64,000 nt of DNA from IMG/VR virus record IMGVR_UViG_3300037524_001291, one strand, 5' to 3'. The stretch is from a virus. Its lineage: Duplodnaviria; Heunggongvirae; Uroviricota; Caudoviricetes. Numbering within the stretch: the stretch's first letter is position 1; each line of letters opens with the position of its first letter. A program made the translations under genes and the position numbers. Under the pieces are notes generated by a model. It was not told the DNA's origin, did no database searches, and was given only the letters and a program-made list of their open reading frames with translations. Positions 19,398 to 28,638 of this stretch are shown piece by piece.

Positions 19398-19430
19398 ATA
19401 TACAGAATTACGTAAAAAATCTTTTTTTGT
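19398..19430 (-). promoter_or_regulatory. Promoter-like motif instance 2: 'TTTTTTACGTAATTCTGTATATA'
   Basis: Upstream of gene 18050-19381. Confidence 0.45.
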
Positions 19431-19433
19431 TTT

Positions 19434-19465
19434 CAGAGTTGTAGATTAAAATTACTACAACTCTG
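19434..19465 (-). other. Perfect 11-bp-stem hairpin after gene 19498-20868
   Basis: 'cagagttgtag attaaaatta ctacaactctg'. The downstream tract on the minus strand is A-rich before a T6 run, so terminator function is uncertain. Confidence 0.4.
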
Positions 19466-19497
19466 TTAGTGAAATATGTTCTTACTAGGGTTTGTAT

Positions 19498-20868
19498 TTA
19501 CTCTGGAATGACATCATCCAAATCTCCTACCACTAGATTTTCAAAAGGTGTCTCAGAGTAGCTGTCTTCATAATCTGAGTAATCCTCAGTATTTATTACA
19601 GCTTCTTTTTCGTTCATAAGAAGGCGATAACCCCCATTATCTTTTATAAACTTTTTAACTAGATCAAGATTTTCTGATATCCACTCTATAAGATTATTTT
19701 CTCCGTTCACTCTACCAATAGTGCCATCCATATCAATTGAATACCATGCTCCCTCTCTTCTAATACAACCTTTAAAATCTAAGAAGTCTTTATAAGCATA
19801 GCTATTAGAGATACCTTTACCAAATATAATACCCAACTCTAAGGGTATAAAAGGTCTTGAGTACCTAGATTTTAAGCACCATATTTCATTTACACTACCA
19901 TAGGGTACTTTTTTGACTCCTAAAGGTGTAATCTCACTCTTTTCAAGTTTACCATTACGTTTTTCTTTCATAATAATACGGTAATCTGAGTAGAACTTAA
20001 GAGCGTTACCACCAGCTTCTTCATCAGTTGTAATACCAACAAATCGTATATGAGTTCTCATCTGATTAATCATAATCCAACTTGTTTTATTCTTCATAGA
20101 TTCGGTTTTGTATTTTAATAGTAGATTGGTCATAAGTCTTGCTTGTAATCCTGGTAGTATTGCTTCGACTGATTGGGATTTAATTTTTTCAGGCATAACA
20201 GCTGTAATAGAGTCTATGATAACAAGATCCACATCCTTGAGAAGTGCGTCTAAAAAGTTTTCAGCATCTGTATAAGACTGTACTCTATAGCAATAAAACT
20301 TCCCATTAGGGTTATTTTTTTCGTTATAGAGATGTGGCATAAGACCTATACCCTCTAACTGACTTTTATTAACCCCACCCTCAAAGTCTAAATAGAGAAC
20401 TCTCAACCCTTGAACACAAAAGCTTCTAGCTATATACAAAGACCCAGTAGATTTTCCAATACCAGAGTGACTTGACCAAAGTATAAAACTACCTCTAGGG
20501 CAACCTCCACCAAGAAGAGCGTCCATAACAACACTTCCTGTAGGTATAAACTCTGGTTCTTCAATAGAAGAATAACTCTTACTTAAAGCACTTACTTTTT
20601 GTTCAATTGATTGTTTTTCAGAACTCTCATCAAGTTTAGAGGACTTAGTAGATTTTTTTGTAGTTGTTTTTACAGGTGTTGTTTTTATAACTGTATCAGG
20701 CTCTTTCTTTTCTAAGGTACTATTCTCTATCGTACCCTCAGGAGTATTTTCGATGATGTCCTCAGTAATAGTTTTATCTGTAGTTTTATCTGTGGCTTTA
20801 GTTTTAGCTGTAGTTTTAGCTGTAGTTTTAGCTGTAGTTTTAGCTGTGGCTTTTGAAGGTACAGGCAT
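19498..20868 (-). CDS. RecA-superfamily ATPase (DnaB/RadA/KaiC-like) with an N-terminal (TAKTT)n low-complexity repeat
   Basis: Walker A is 'SHSGIGKSTGS' and Walker B is 'DLVIIDSITAV'. The N-terminus reads 'TAKTTAKTTAKTTAKTKATDKTTDKT'. Confidence 0.5.
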   Translation of the reverse strand: MPVPSKATAKTTAKTTAKTTAKTKATDKTTDKTITEDIIENTPEGTIENSTLEKKEPDTVIKTTPVKTTTKKSTKSSKLDESSEKQSIEQKVSALSKSYSSIEEPEFIPTGSVVMDALLGGGCPRGSFILWSSHSGIGKSTGSLYIARSFCVQGLRVLYLDFEGGVNKSQLEGIGLMPHLYNEKNNPNGKFYCYRVQSYTDAENFLDALLKDVDLVIIDSITAVMPEKIKSQSVEAILPGLQARLMTNLLLKYKTESMKNKTSWIMINQMRTHIRFVGITTDEEAGGNALKFYSDYRIIMKEKRNGKLEKSEITPLGVKKVPYGSVNEIWCLKSRYSRPFIPLELGIIFGKGISNSYAYKDFLDFKGCIRREGAWYSIDMDGTIGRVNGENNLIEWISENLDLVKKFIKDNGGYRLLMNEKEAVINTEDYSDYEDSYSETPFENLVVGDLDDVIPE

Positions 20869-20902
20869 AATAAATATCCACCTCTCTTATAAATTTATCC
20901 AT

Positions 20903-20951
20903 CTGTATTAAATATACGTAAAAAACAGGAAAAAAGTTTCTTTAGAAAGCA
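20903..20951 (-). promoter_or_regulatory. Promoter-like motif instance 3: 'TTTTTTACGTATATTTAATACAGA'
   Basis: Upstream of gene 19498-20868. Confidence 0.45.
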
Positions 20952-20996
20952 AAAACACTCCAAGAATATTTTTCATAGGAGTGTTTACTTTAGACG

Positions 20997-21299
20997 TTAA
21001 ATGCTCCTTATAACTCTCTTTTCTAAATCAGCTCTTTTTCCATCAAAAAGAGCTTGTACAATCTCAGAGTATCCCATTCTAAGAGTATCTTTAAACTTTG
21101 TTACATTGTTTCCAGTGTAATACTGACTAATAAAATTAGGTAGATTGTCTATAGCAGTCTCAAAGCTATCATAGTTTGAAGCAAATGTTGAGAAAGCATC
21201 CGCTAAATCTTCAATGTAATAAGTGGAAGAATCATCAAAGGGTTTTATTAGGGATACCTCTTCTTTTACCAATTCTAATACTCTTCTTTCCATATGCAA
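20997..21299 (-). CDS. Hypothetical protein, 100 aa
   Basis: The ORF is followed by a hairpin at 20953-20987. Confidence 0.4.
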   Translation of the reverse strand: MHMERRVLELVKEEVSLIKPFDDSSTYYIEDLADAFSTFASNYDSFETAIDNLPNFISQYYTGNNVTKFKDTLRMGYSEIVQALFDGKRADLEKRVIRSI

Positions 21300-21331
21300 A
21301 CACTCCTTATATTTTTTACTTTGTATATAAG

Positions 21332-21607
21332 TCAGGCAAAACTTTCAAATTTTAATATTTTATCCCCTTCTAAATCAAATCTATTAAATCCAAGAGTTAT
21401 TATTTTATCATGATAAATAAATCTTCCATCGGTTATATCCTCACAATTAAGAAGTTCTACTACTCTTATTCTTTTTCTTCCTCTTATTTTCAATTCTTCT
21501 AGCAATGAAATGGCTTCGTCCATACTATAAAATACATGTGTTAGACTCACACAACCACAAGGACAGCTTATATTAACACCATAAAGAGTTTTCTTTTCTA
21601 AAATCAT
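21332..21607 (-). CDS. Hypothetical small Cys-containing protein, 91 aa
   Basis: Contains 'CPCGC'. Confidence 0.35.
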   Translation of the reverse strand: MILEKKTLYGVNISCPCGCVSLTHVFYSMDEAISLLEELKIRGRKRIRVVELLNCEDITDGRFIYHDKIITLGFNRFDLEGDKILKFESFA

Positions 21608-22251
21608 ATTTTCTCCACCTTTCTACTTATAAGAATTTTCTCATTCTCAGAAAAGAATCCTGAGATAGCTCTTACAATTAAATCTTTAGACCCATTAATA
21701 TCATACTTAACAAAAGCCCTTAATAAAAATAAAAAGGATTCAGCTCTATCAGCATTTAATGCTCCTTTGAACTTATATTCAAATCTATCTTTTAGGACTT
21801 CATTCATTAAGTATTTAGCTAAAGTAGTAGACTCTGATTTTTTATACTTTCTCATATTATGAATAGTCATAAGAAAGCTAGGGGGTAGAGTCCAAATCTC
21901 ACTACATTGTAAGTTCATCTCAAACAATTTATCTAAGATATAAGTATCAAGGGAATAAAGACCCGCAGAGAACATTCCAGTAGGTGGAGGTATTTCAGAG
22001 AAGATTTTATCTATGAATAAAGTTTTATTAACATTATAGTTCTGAGTAAGTTTATCCTTATATTGTTTCATAATATCTATATTAGCGTTAAAAACTTTTT
22101 CAAACCCAATACATTCTCCTAATTTAAACTCACAATTATCTATATAAACAGTTCCTTTTCCATCATACAGACTAAAAGCTAATTTAGCAAAACTAGGGTC
22201 TTGAGCTAAAATCACAAGATCTTTTTTTTCTTTCATAAATCCCCCATTCAA
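21604..22251 (-). CDS. Possible RuvC/RNase-H-fold nuclease
   Basis: The N-terminal 'DLVILAQDPSFAKLAFSLYDGKG' resembles the RuvC 'ILGIDPG...G' start. The similarity is weak. Confidence 0.3.
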   Translation of the reverse strand: MNGGFMKEKKDLVILAQDPSFAKLAFSLYDGKGTVYIDNCEFKLGECIGFEKVFNANIDIMKQYKDKLTQNYNVNKTLFIDKIFSEIPPPTGMFSAGLYSLDTYILDKLFEMNLQCSEIWTLPPSFLMTIHNMRKYKKSESTTLAKYLMNEVLKDRFEYKFKGALNADRAESFLFLLRAFVKYDINGSKDLIVRAISGFFSENEKILISRKVEKI

Positions 22252-22329
22252 ATACTTATGATTTTTAATCCTAAGTATATTTTAAATGGTGTTGGATGCT
22301 TTGATACATCCAACACCATTGAATATTTA

Positions 22330-23124
22330 CTAGTCTTGAAAAAATTTTGTTAGATCTTGGTTAGCAGCGGCATTGAAACTATGTGCAGAAGATCCAGATG
22401 TAGGGTTACCCGAATTAGAATTATCCCCATCATCCAGAGATAAAAGTTTCAGAAAAGAAGCTTCATCAACTTTTCTAGCGTAAGCTAAATGAGCAAAAGG
22501 TGCATCCTGTTCCCATCTCTCCATAATCATCTGAAGTATGGCATCTGATTGTCTCCAAGCTGCTTGAGCGATAGGGGTTAGGGTAACTTTTTGATATTTA
22601 TCATCAGTACAAGTTACTAAAAGGTCGGCATTATCAATACCACCCATAGTAGCAGAAAGTCCTTTTCCTATAGTACAAATACTTTTATATAGATCATCTC
22701 CAGCCACAAGCATTTTTAAATCTACTTTCTTACCTACGATAGTTCCTTCATTATCAGTAGAGTACACAACAATAGGAAAAAGATATCTTACACTAGGTAA
22801 TCCTACCAACTCACAGCATTTTTTACCAAAACATAAGACGCTTCCATTTCCTTCTATATAGTGTGCTTTTACCCCTATTACTTTTTTTGTTACAAAACTT
22901 ATTCTATCTGTTCTTTGGGTACTGGCTTTGTACTTATCAATAGGTACTCTAGAGATTTTTACTCCTAAATCACCTACAATAAGACCTGCTGATTCTAATT
23001 CTTTTGTAGTTTCATCTGAAATACCAATATCAACTATACGGGGTCTTAGAACTACATCATTCCCTTTTTCAACTAATACAACTTCTCCTGTAGTACCTTC
23101 CATCACATTTTTTTCATCACTCAT
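22330..23124 (-). CDS. Hypothetical protein, 264 aa
   Basis: A promoter-like motif lies upstream at 23191-23237. Confidence 0.4.
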   Translation of the reverse strand: MSDEKNVMEGTTGEVVLVEKGNDVVLRPRIVDIGISDETTKELESAGLIVGDLGVKISRVPIDKYKASTQRTDRISFVTKKVIGVKAHYIEGNGSVLCFGKKCCELVGLPSVRYLFPIVVYSTDNEGTIVGKKVDLKMLVAGDDLYKSICTIGKGLSATMGGIDNADLLVTCTDDKYQKVTLTPIAQAAWRQSDAILQMIMERWEQDAPFAHLAYARKVDEASFLKLLSLDDGDNSNSGNPTSGSSAHSFNAAANQDLTKFFQD

Positions 23125-23190
23125 GATAATTCCTCCATTTGTTTTATTTTGTTGGCAATTGGTTTTGCTACTAATGAGCTTTACCTTAGC

Positions 23191-23237
23191 TATATAATAT
23201 ATAATACGTAAAAAATAAAAAAATACTTTCTATATAC
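23191..23237 (-). promoter_or_regulatory. Promoter-like motif instance 4: 'TTTTTTACGTATTATATATTATATA'
   Basis: Upstream of gene 22330-23124. Confidence 0.45.
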
Positions 23238-23256
23238 ACCATTTTTAGAAAAAAAA

Positions 23257-23280
23257 GAGTGTGAATTAATATCACACTCT
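23257..23280 (-). terminator. Rho-independent terminator after gene 23296-24231
   Basis: 'agagtgtga attaat atcacactct' forms a 9-bp stem. The minus strand then reads 'tttttttctaaaaat'. Confidence 0.55.
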
Positions 23281-23295
23281 CAAAAATAAAATCTA

Positions 23296-24231
23296 TTAAG
23301 TATTAAAATCAAAATCAAAATCATCAATAGCATCAGTTAAAGTATCCATAGCATTTGTAGGTCTTTCTGATATACTAGTCTTAGAGGAGTTCTCTAAATC
23401 AATATTATCAGAATCTGTAATAGGGTCTTTCTTCTTTCTAGGTTTTTTAATTTTTACTTCTTCTATATCTTCTTCTGTATCCTCAATATCCTCTTCCACA
23501 TCTTCTTCAACATCTTCTTCCATATCTTCTTCTATATCTTCTTCCATATCTTCTTCCATATCCTCTTCTATATCTTTCTGAGATACAGAAGTAATACCAA
23601 GTTTTTGTAGTTCTTTATGTACAATATCTTGAATAGCTACAGTAAAAAGAGTTCCCAAATCAGTATCTCTAGGTGTTTCTGGTCCAACTTTAATAGGTTT
23701 TCCTGCCTCTTCCATAACTCTTCTAAGAATTTTAGCTGTATCAAGGCAATTTTGCTCGATATTAGCTTTTTCTGATTCTATAGTTCTTTCATAAGTCACC
23801 CTACTATCAGGATTTTCAAGACCATTCAAAATCTCTACTTCAGCTTCCAAACTAAGAGAAGGGTAAAACTTATATCTTGGATATTTTCCACTCTCACCCA
23901 CAATCTCACATTTTTTCCCATGTGGTACAGTATTAATTATTTTAAATCTACCAACAGAAGATAGGGCTAAAGACCTCTCACCTAATTTATCAAAAGATTC
24001 TTCCTCAAGAGTCATAAGAAACCTCATAGGAGTTCTTGTTATGACCTTAAATATTGTTAGTGCTGTTCTCTCATTTAAAGATATCCCAATAAGTTCTGAT
24101 ATTACCTCTGTAAGATACTTTCTAAACCTCTTATTCACTTGAGAGGTTTTTCTTCTTCCCACTGTTCCGTTCTCACTTCCAAAAGTCATATCTACCATCC
24201 TCCACAATTTATAATTTACAATAGCACACAC
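23296..24231 (-). CDS. Acidic-repeat protein with a C-terminal 'DDFDFDFNT' tail. Possibly a ssDNA-binding protein or a DNA mimic.
   Basis: The C-terminal third is '(E/D)ED(M/I/V)EED' repeated about 10 times. The terminal 'IDDFDFDF' resembles SSB/gp32 acidic tails. Confidence 0.4.
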   Translation of the reverse strand: MCAIVNYKLWRMVDMTFGSENGTVGRRKTSQVNKRFRKYLTEVISELIGISLNERTALTIFKVITRTPMRFLMTLEEESFDKLGERSLALSSVGRFKIINTVPHGKKCEIVGESGKYPRYKFYPSLSLEAEVEILNGLENPDSRVTYERTIESEKANIEQNCLDTAKILRRVMEEAGKPIKVGPETPRDTDLGTLFTVAIQDIVHKELQKLGITSVSQKDIEEDMEEDMEEDIEEDMEEDVEEDVEEDIEDTEEDIEEVKIKKPRKKKDPITDSDNIDLENSSKTSISERPTNAMDTLTDAIDDFDFDFNT

Positions 24232-24298
24232 TATTTTAAATCATTTAAGGTATAAAGTAAATACATCAAGGGAAACAAGAGGTCTATCCTATTTTATT

Positions 24299-24733
24299 TT
24301 ATTTATGAAATGAGGTACTTTGAAGTAATTTTAATCTATCTGTTATTTGGCGTTTTAGTTCTACCAGATCAAACTTATAATTTTTTAATCTTTCTAAGTT
24401 ATTATCTAGGAATTTTCGAAATCCCGCTAAGACTGTTACTTCATTTGAAAGATGTTTTGTAAGTTTTGTATTTTTGATATCTTGCATACTACTGATAACC
24501 ATACTAAGACTTAACATTACATAGACAATATCATCTCCCATTCGTATACAAGTATCATAATACCTATAATACTCACAAGGGTCACTAACTATTATACTAT
24601 ACTCAGGCATATTAGGGATTACTCCATCATCAGAACAATATTTTTTAATTAACCCCTCTACTCTATTATACATCTTTTCTAGTACGTCCGTCAATTCAAT
24701 TTGCATCTTTACTACACTATCTGTATTTTTCAT
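24299..24733 (-). CDS. Hypothetical protein, 144 aa
   Basis: From the six-frame ORF track. Confidence 0.4.
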   Translation of the reverse strand: MKNTDSVVKMQIELTDVLEKMYNRVEGLIKKYCSDDGVIPNMPEYSIIVSDPCEYYRYYDTCIRMGDDIVYVMLSLSMVISSMQDIKNTKLTKHLSNEVTVLAGFRKFLDNNLERLKNYKFDLVELKRQITDRLKLLQSTSFHK

Positions 24734-24746
24734 AATTTCTCCCCTC

Positions 24747-25418
24747 TTACAAATTATACAATAACCACATTATTTTATTTTGTTTAGAACCTCTAATCTC
24801 ATAATATTTTTTTAGAAGTATTTTAAAAGTTTTATGGTGTTTTGAGTTAAAGTCTTTAAGAATTCGGGTATAAGAGCTACTAGAAGCGTTACCTTCATTG
24901 ATATCTGATGCTTTTTCCAAGAAAGTTTCTATACTACTATTTAGTATAGGAGGTTCGTAGTAATCTAATAAATAGGAGTAGATTTTAAGAGCTTCCATAC
25001 CACTTTTAGTCATAGCGATAAAAAGATTAAATATGGTAAAATCCATCTCTTCTTCTAACTTAGATTTTCCCAAAACCCAATAGGATTTTATATAATGGTA
25101 AAAATCTTCTTTTTGTAATCCACAAATAATATCCACAAGAGATTTTTTGGGTATTTTTCCGAACTTATCATAAACAAAATTAAGTAAACTTTCTTTTTCC
25201 TCAAGATCTATATCAGGTACTCCTACAGTATTAATAAAAGACTTACAATTTAGTATTAAATAATTTCTAAGATTAGGTCTCATTTTTCCAACGTATATAA
25301 TATCTTTATCAGAGTCTAACAGTACAGCTTCTTTTTTTATATAGTTTGGATAAAAAAACTCTAATAAACCCACATCATGTATTCTAACGGTCTTTCCTAC
25401 TAAATCCAAAGTATTCAC
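24747..25418 (-). CDS. Hypothetical protein, 223 aa
   Basis: From the six-frame ORF track. Confidence 0.4.
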   Translation of the reverse strand: MNTLDLVGKTVRIHDVGLLEFFYPNYIKKEAVLLDSDKDIIYVGKMRPNLRNYLILNCKSFINTVGVPDIDLEEKESLLNFVYDKFGKIPKKSLVDIICGLQKEDFYHYIKSYWVLGKSKLEEEMDFTIFNLFIAMTKSGMEALKIYSYLLDYYEPPILNSSIETFLEKASDINEGNASSSSYTRILKDFNSKHHKTFKILLKKYYEIRGSKQNKIMWLLYNL

Positions 25419-25419
25419 C

Positions 25420-25995
25420 TCACAATTTACTTAAAATCTTTAATATTTTCTCAGAGCTATACCCATACTCTGAAGAAGAATATTTAGCTACAAATCCTTT
25501 AGGACAATTCTCAGCATAGAATCTAACTTCATCCATTATAGTAAAGTCCTCATCTTTCTTTTTTTCTTCTAGGGCTCTAAGGGCATCTTTAAGTTCAACA
25601 AATCGGGTATTTTTTGCTTCGTGTACAGGGCTTTTAAATATAAATTTAATTCGAGATAGTATGATAGGCGATACCCTATCAAAGTAAGAAAGTAGTATTA
25701 TAGGGAATTTATTTTCTTCTATAAATTTTAGAAGGGAGTTTTGTCCTACAGAGGTAAGATTACTGATACCATCAATAACAAAATATCTTCCATTAAGATC
25801 AGCGATACCCATAAATCTGTCTACTAGTTCTCTTACGTCATTAAGATTATAGAGGCTAAATATTCTATCTTTATAAATCCTTTTAAACTCTGTGGTATAT
25901 TTACCAAGAAAAAGACAAGGGCAAAAGTTAGGGTTATTTAGTACTTGTTGTATTTTTTCTTCAATATTATTTTTTTCTAGTTTATAGTTTTCCAA
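25420..25995 (-). CDS. Clamp-loader delta-prime-like AAA+ protein with degenerate Walker motifs
   Basis: 'VGQNSLLKFIEENKFPIILL' resembles the clamp-loader 'xxNALLKTLEEP' box. Walker B is degenerate ('YFVIDGISNL'). There is no canonical P-loop. Confidence 0.35.
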   Translation of the reverse strand: MENYKLEKNNIEEKIQQVLNNPNFCPCLFLGKYTTEFKRIYKDRIFSLYNLNDVRELVDRFMGIADLNGRYFVIDGISNLTSVGQNSLLKFIEENKFPIILLSYFDRVSPIILSRIKFIFKSPVHEAKNTRFVELKDALRALEEKKKDEDFTIMDEVRFYAENCPKGFVAKYSSSEYGYSSEKILKILSKL

Positions 25996-26017
25996 GAGAG
26001 CACCACCTAAGAGTATT

Positions 26018-26815
26018 TTACATATGAGGTAATTCTATTCTATCATCCATAAAAGTATTCCAAACATCCCATAACCTCTCTCTATTTCTTTTCAGAGTAA
26101 GAGATATTCTAGCAGGTCTAACACCAAACATATTAGCTATATCAATATTTCTGTATCCAGCAAACCTAAGTTCAATAATTTTAAATATATTTAGTTTTTT
26201 ACCTTGTTTAAGACCTAAGCTGGTATAAGTACTTTTAAGTAGTTTTATAAAGCCTTCTAGTAACATATCATTTTCAAGTTTATCATAATAATAATCTTTC
26301 CCTTCTAAAATATCCTCTAAAGGAAGTTTGTTGTCTATATGAGAATAATACTCTCTTTTACCTACCACAAGAAAATCATTAGATGTTAGACTATCAAATG
26401 GTACAGTACGTAGGGTCTTTCTTTTATTAGCATCTAGTTTTCTAAAAAGGTCACTATACTTATTAGAGAGTAACATGAAAATAAAATTTTTATATTTCTT
26501 CCCCCTACTAGCATCAAAACAAATATTATTAGAAATTACATCCACTAACACTTCTTGAACCACATCCTTAGGATGATGTATAAAAGATACCTCTGGATAT
26601 CTCTTAGAAATAGTATAAGACAACTTATTTGCCAAAATATAAAACCTTTCTAAAGATTCCTCATCCCTAACAATACACTCAGAATTCCCATCCATACTTT
26701 CTTTACTTTCTTTACCTTCTGAAACATTACAAAGAACACTCTTTACCATACTAAAATTCCCCCTAATTCTTATAAAGTGTTTGTTCATTCTATACAAACA
26801 AATAGAGAAATTCAA
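26018..26815 (-). CDS. Sigma-70-family sigma factor (phage-encoded)
   Basis: Region 2-like 'FYILANKLSYTISKRYP...DVVQEVLVDV' is followed by the region 4 HTH 'ELRFAGYRNIDIANMFGVRPARISLTLKRNRERL'. Confidence 0.5.
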   Translation of the reverse strand: MNFSICLYRMNKHFIRIRGNFSMVKSVLCNVSEGKESKESMDGNSECIVRDEESLERFYILANKLSYTISKRYPEVSFIHHPKDVVQEVLVDVISNNICFDASRGKKYKNFIFMLLSNKYSDLFRKLDANKRKTLRTVPFDSLTSNDFLVVGKREYYSHIDNKLPLEDILEGKDYYYDKLENDMLLEGFIKLLKSTYTSLGLKQGKKLNIFKIIELRFAGYRNIDIANMFGVRPARISLTLKRNRERLWDVWNTFMDDRIELPHM

Positions 26816-26984
26816 GAGACTTTTAGAGTATATTATCCAACATATAATGATTTTTCAGTATTTTTATTGAAAAAGCTTTAAATATCTAAGTATTTGAAAT
26901 ATAAAAAAGGAAAAATCTTAGAAGAGGTCTGACTAAGAAGTTTCCTTTTTTTGAAGAACGCCTATAAGGAGAGTTAAAACAAAA

Positions 26985-27302
26985 TTAATTATACCACAGA
27001 GTATTAGTTTCAGGAAAATTGTATTTCTTTTTAAGTTCGCACATAGCATTTTCTAAGTCTCTGACTACAACACCTGATTTAGCTAATTCTGTTTTTAAAG
27101 TTTTAAGAAAAGTGGTATCATCGTAATTCATACTTACTATATCAGAAATAGTATTTACGATACAGTTTATTTTAGAGGAGTAATCAATAGATGATGTACT
27201 AGGGTCATTTAAACATCCTGTTACTATTTCTATGATTCCTTGAAGGTCTTGACCTTCTTTAATAGCTTTTATTTGTTTTCTCATAAAAAATCTCTCCTTC
27301 AA
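26985..27302 (-). CDS. Hypothetical protein, 105 aa
   Basis: From the six-frame ORF track. Confidence 0.4.
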   Translation of the reverse strand: MKERFFMRKQIKAIKEGQDLQGIIEIVTGCLNDPSTSSIDYSSKINCIVNTISDIVSMNYDDTTFLKTLKTELAKSGVVVRDLENAMCELKKKYNFPETNTLWYN

Positions 27303-27343
27303 AAAATACTTTGTATAAATTAATATATAAAGCGAATTACTTT

Positions 27344-28624
27344 TTACACTATATTTTTTTCTAGAAATTCCTCATCCATAACACAATCTAATTTAGTCTT
27401 ATCATATCTAAACCCATTTAGCGTTGCATGGTTGAGTCTTTTTGCTCTACCACTAATAGAAACACCATCAATCTCTACTATTGTACCATAGTATGAAGCA
27501 CGTAAGGTAGGTATACCTTCTACTGTCTCAGTCATATCAGTTCGTAACTTCATATCTATTCCAGAGATATGAGCAATTTCATGTTCATATAGAGTACCAT
27601 CTTTTTTTCTGATATATATGGATACTTTTATAGTACCTACATAATCTTGAAGTCCTTTATCAGGTTTTCCAGGTTCAAATCCACTAATCCAACCGTCAAT
27701 AGTATCTCCAAAAACATCATCCATAGAGGTCATCTCACTCATAGACCTTTTTATTTTAATCCACCCATCATTTTGTCTATTACTATCAGGTATGTATATA
27801 CCATCAATTTTTTTACAAATACAACCTTCCCCACCACTAAGGATAATACCTTTATAAAACTCTTTTTTATTTGACCTATTAGACCTTACTGGTCTTATTT
27901 TAAAACCAGCATCACTGAGTTTTCTCCACAACTCAAAAGCAAGTGGTCTTCTTTTTGTTAGGGGTTCGTTTAGTATCCAACTACCATTGTAATAAATACA
28001 ATCAAATACATTAAAGGTAAGTATTAAATTTTCTTTCTTTTGTATTAACCTAGCTCTTTGTGGGTCACAATTTATTAGGGAAGTGACTACTTGAAGCATA
28101 GTTTCTGTTTGTACCCCATACTTATCAAGAGAAGTATTGATACAATCATAATCTGAAGTTATTTCTGTATCCAATATAAAATCATCTTTAATCTTATCTA
28201 AATCAAAATTTTCAGGATAAACTATATTCTCAGAATACTCTATAGGTAATAAATCTGTTACAGAATTATGCCTTGAATAGAGATGTAACCCTTTACCAGT
28301 TTTTACAAGAAAAAATCTACATCCGTTAAGTTTCTCTTCAAAATACCACTGGTCACTTTTCCAAATAGCTTCTTGTAGTTCGGGTTTGAGTTCATCTATT
28401 CTTTTAGCTAACATAGGAGATTTTAAAGAAAGTATTAGCTCAAGATGTTTAGGTATTTTTGTTATGTCCTTGTATCTCTGTAGAAGGAAATAATTTCTAA
28501 TAGGGTGTATTAAATCTTCCTTCATAATTTTTTGATTCTTCCCTGAGCCTTTATCTACATAGATACCTAGACTTACTGCCATCTGTTGCAATTCATTTAA
28601 AGTTTTATCAACTTGTATTGCCAT
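27344..28624 (-). CDS. ATP-dependent DNA (or RNA) ligase
   Basis: The nucleotidyltransferase motifs are I 'EEKLNGCRF' (KxNGxR), III-like 'FILDTEIT', IV 'GGEGCICKK', and V 'WIKIK'. Confidence 0.55.
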   Translation of the reverse strand: MAIQVDKTLNELQQMAVSLGIYVDKGSGKNQKIMKEDLIHPIRNYFLLQRYKDITKIPKHLELILSLKSPMLAKRIDELKPELQEAIWKSDQWYFEEKLNGCRFFLVKTGKGLHLYSRHNSVTDLLPIEYSENIVYPENFDLDKIKDDFILDTEITSDYDCINTSLDKYGVQTETMLQVVTSLINCDPQRARLIQKKENLILTFNVFDCIYYNGSWILNEPLTKRRPLAFELWRKLSDAGFKIRPVRSNRSNKKEFYKGIILSGGEGCICKKIDGIYIPDSNRQNDGWIKIKRSMSEMTSMDDVFGDTIDGWISGFEPGKPDKGLQDYVGTIKVSIYIRKKDGTLYEHEIAHISGIDMKLRTDMTETVEGIPTLRASYYGTIVEIDGVSISGRAKRLNHATLNGFRYDKTKLDCVMDEEFLEKNIV

Positions 28625-28638
28625 GTTTTAAAGTCACC

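Noticed and set aside
19434-19465. Rho-independent terminator call for the 11-bp hairpin after gene 19498-20868
   Set aside because: On the transcribed (minus) strand the hairpin is followed by an A-rich stretch and not a U-tract. It is kept only as a hairpin. Other hairpins with U-tails (10537, 14762, 23257, 44963, 42259) are called terminators.
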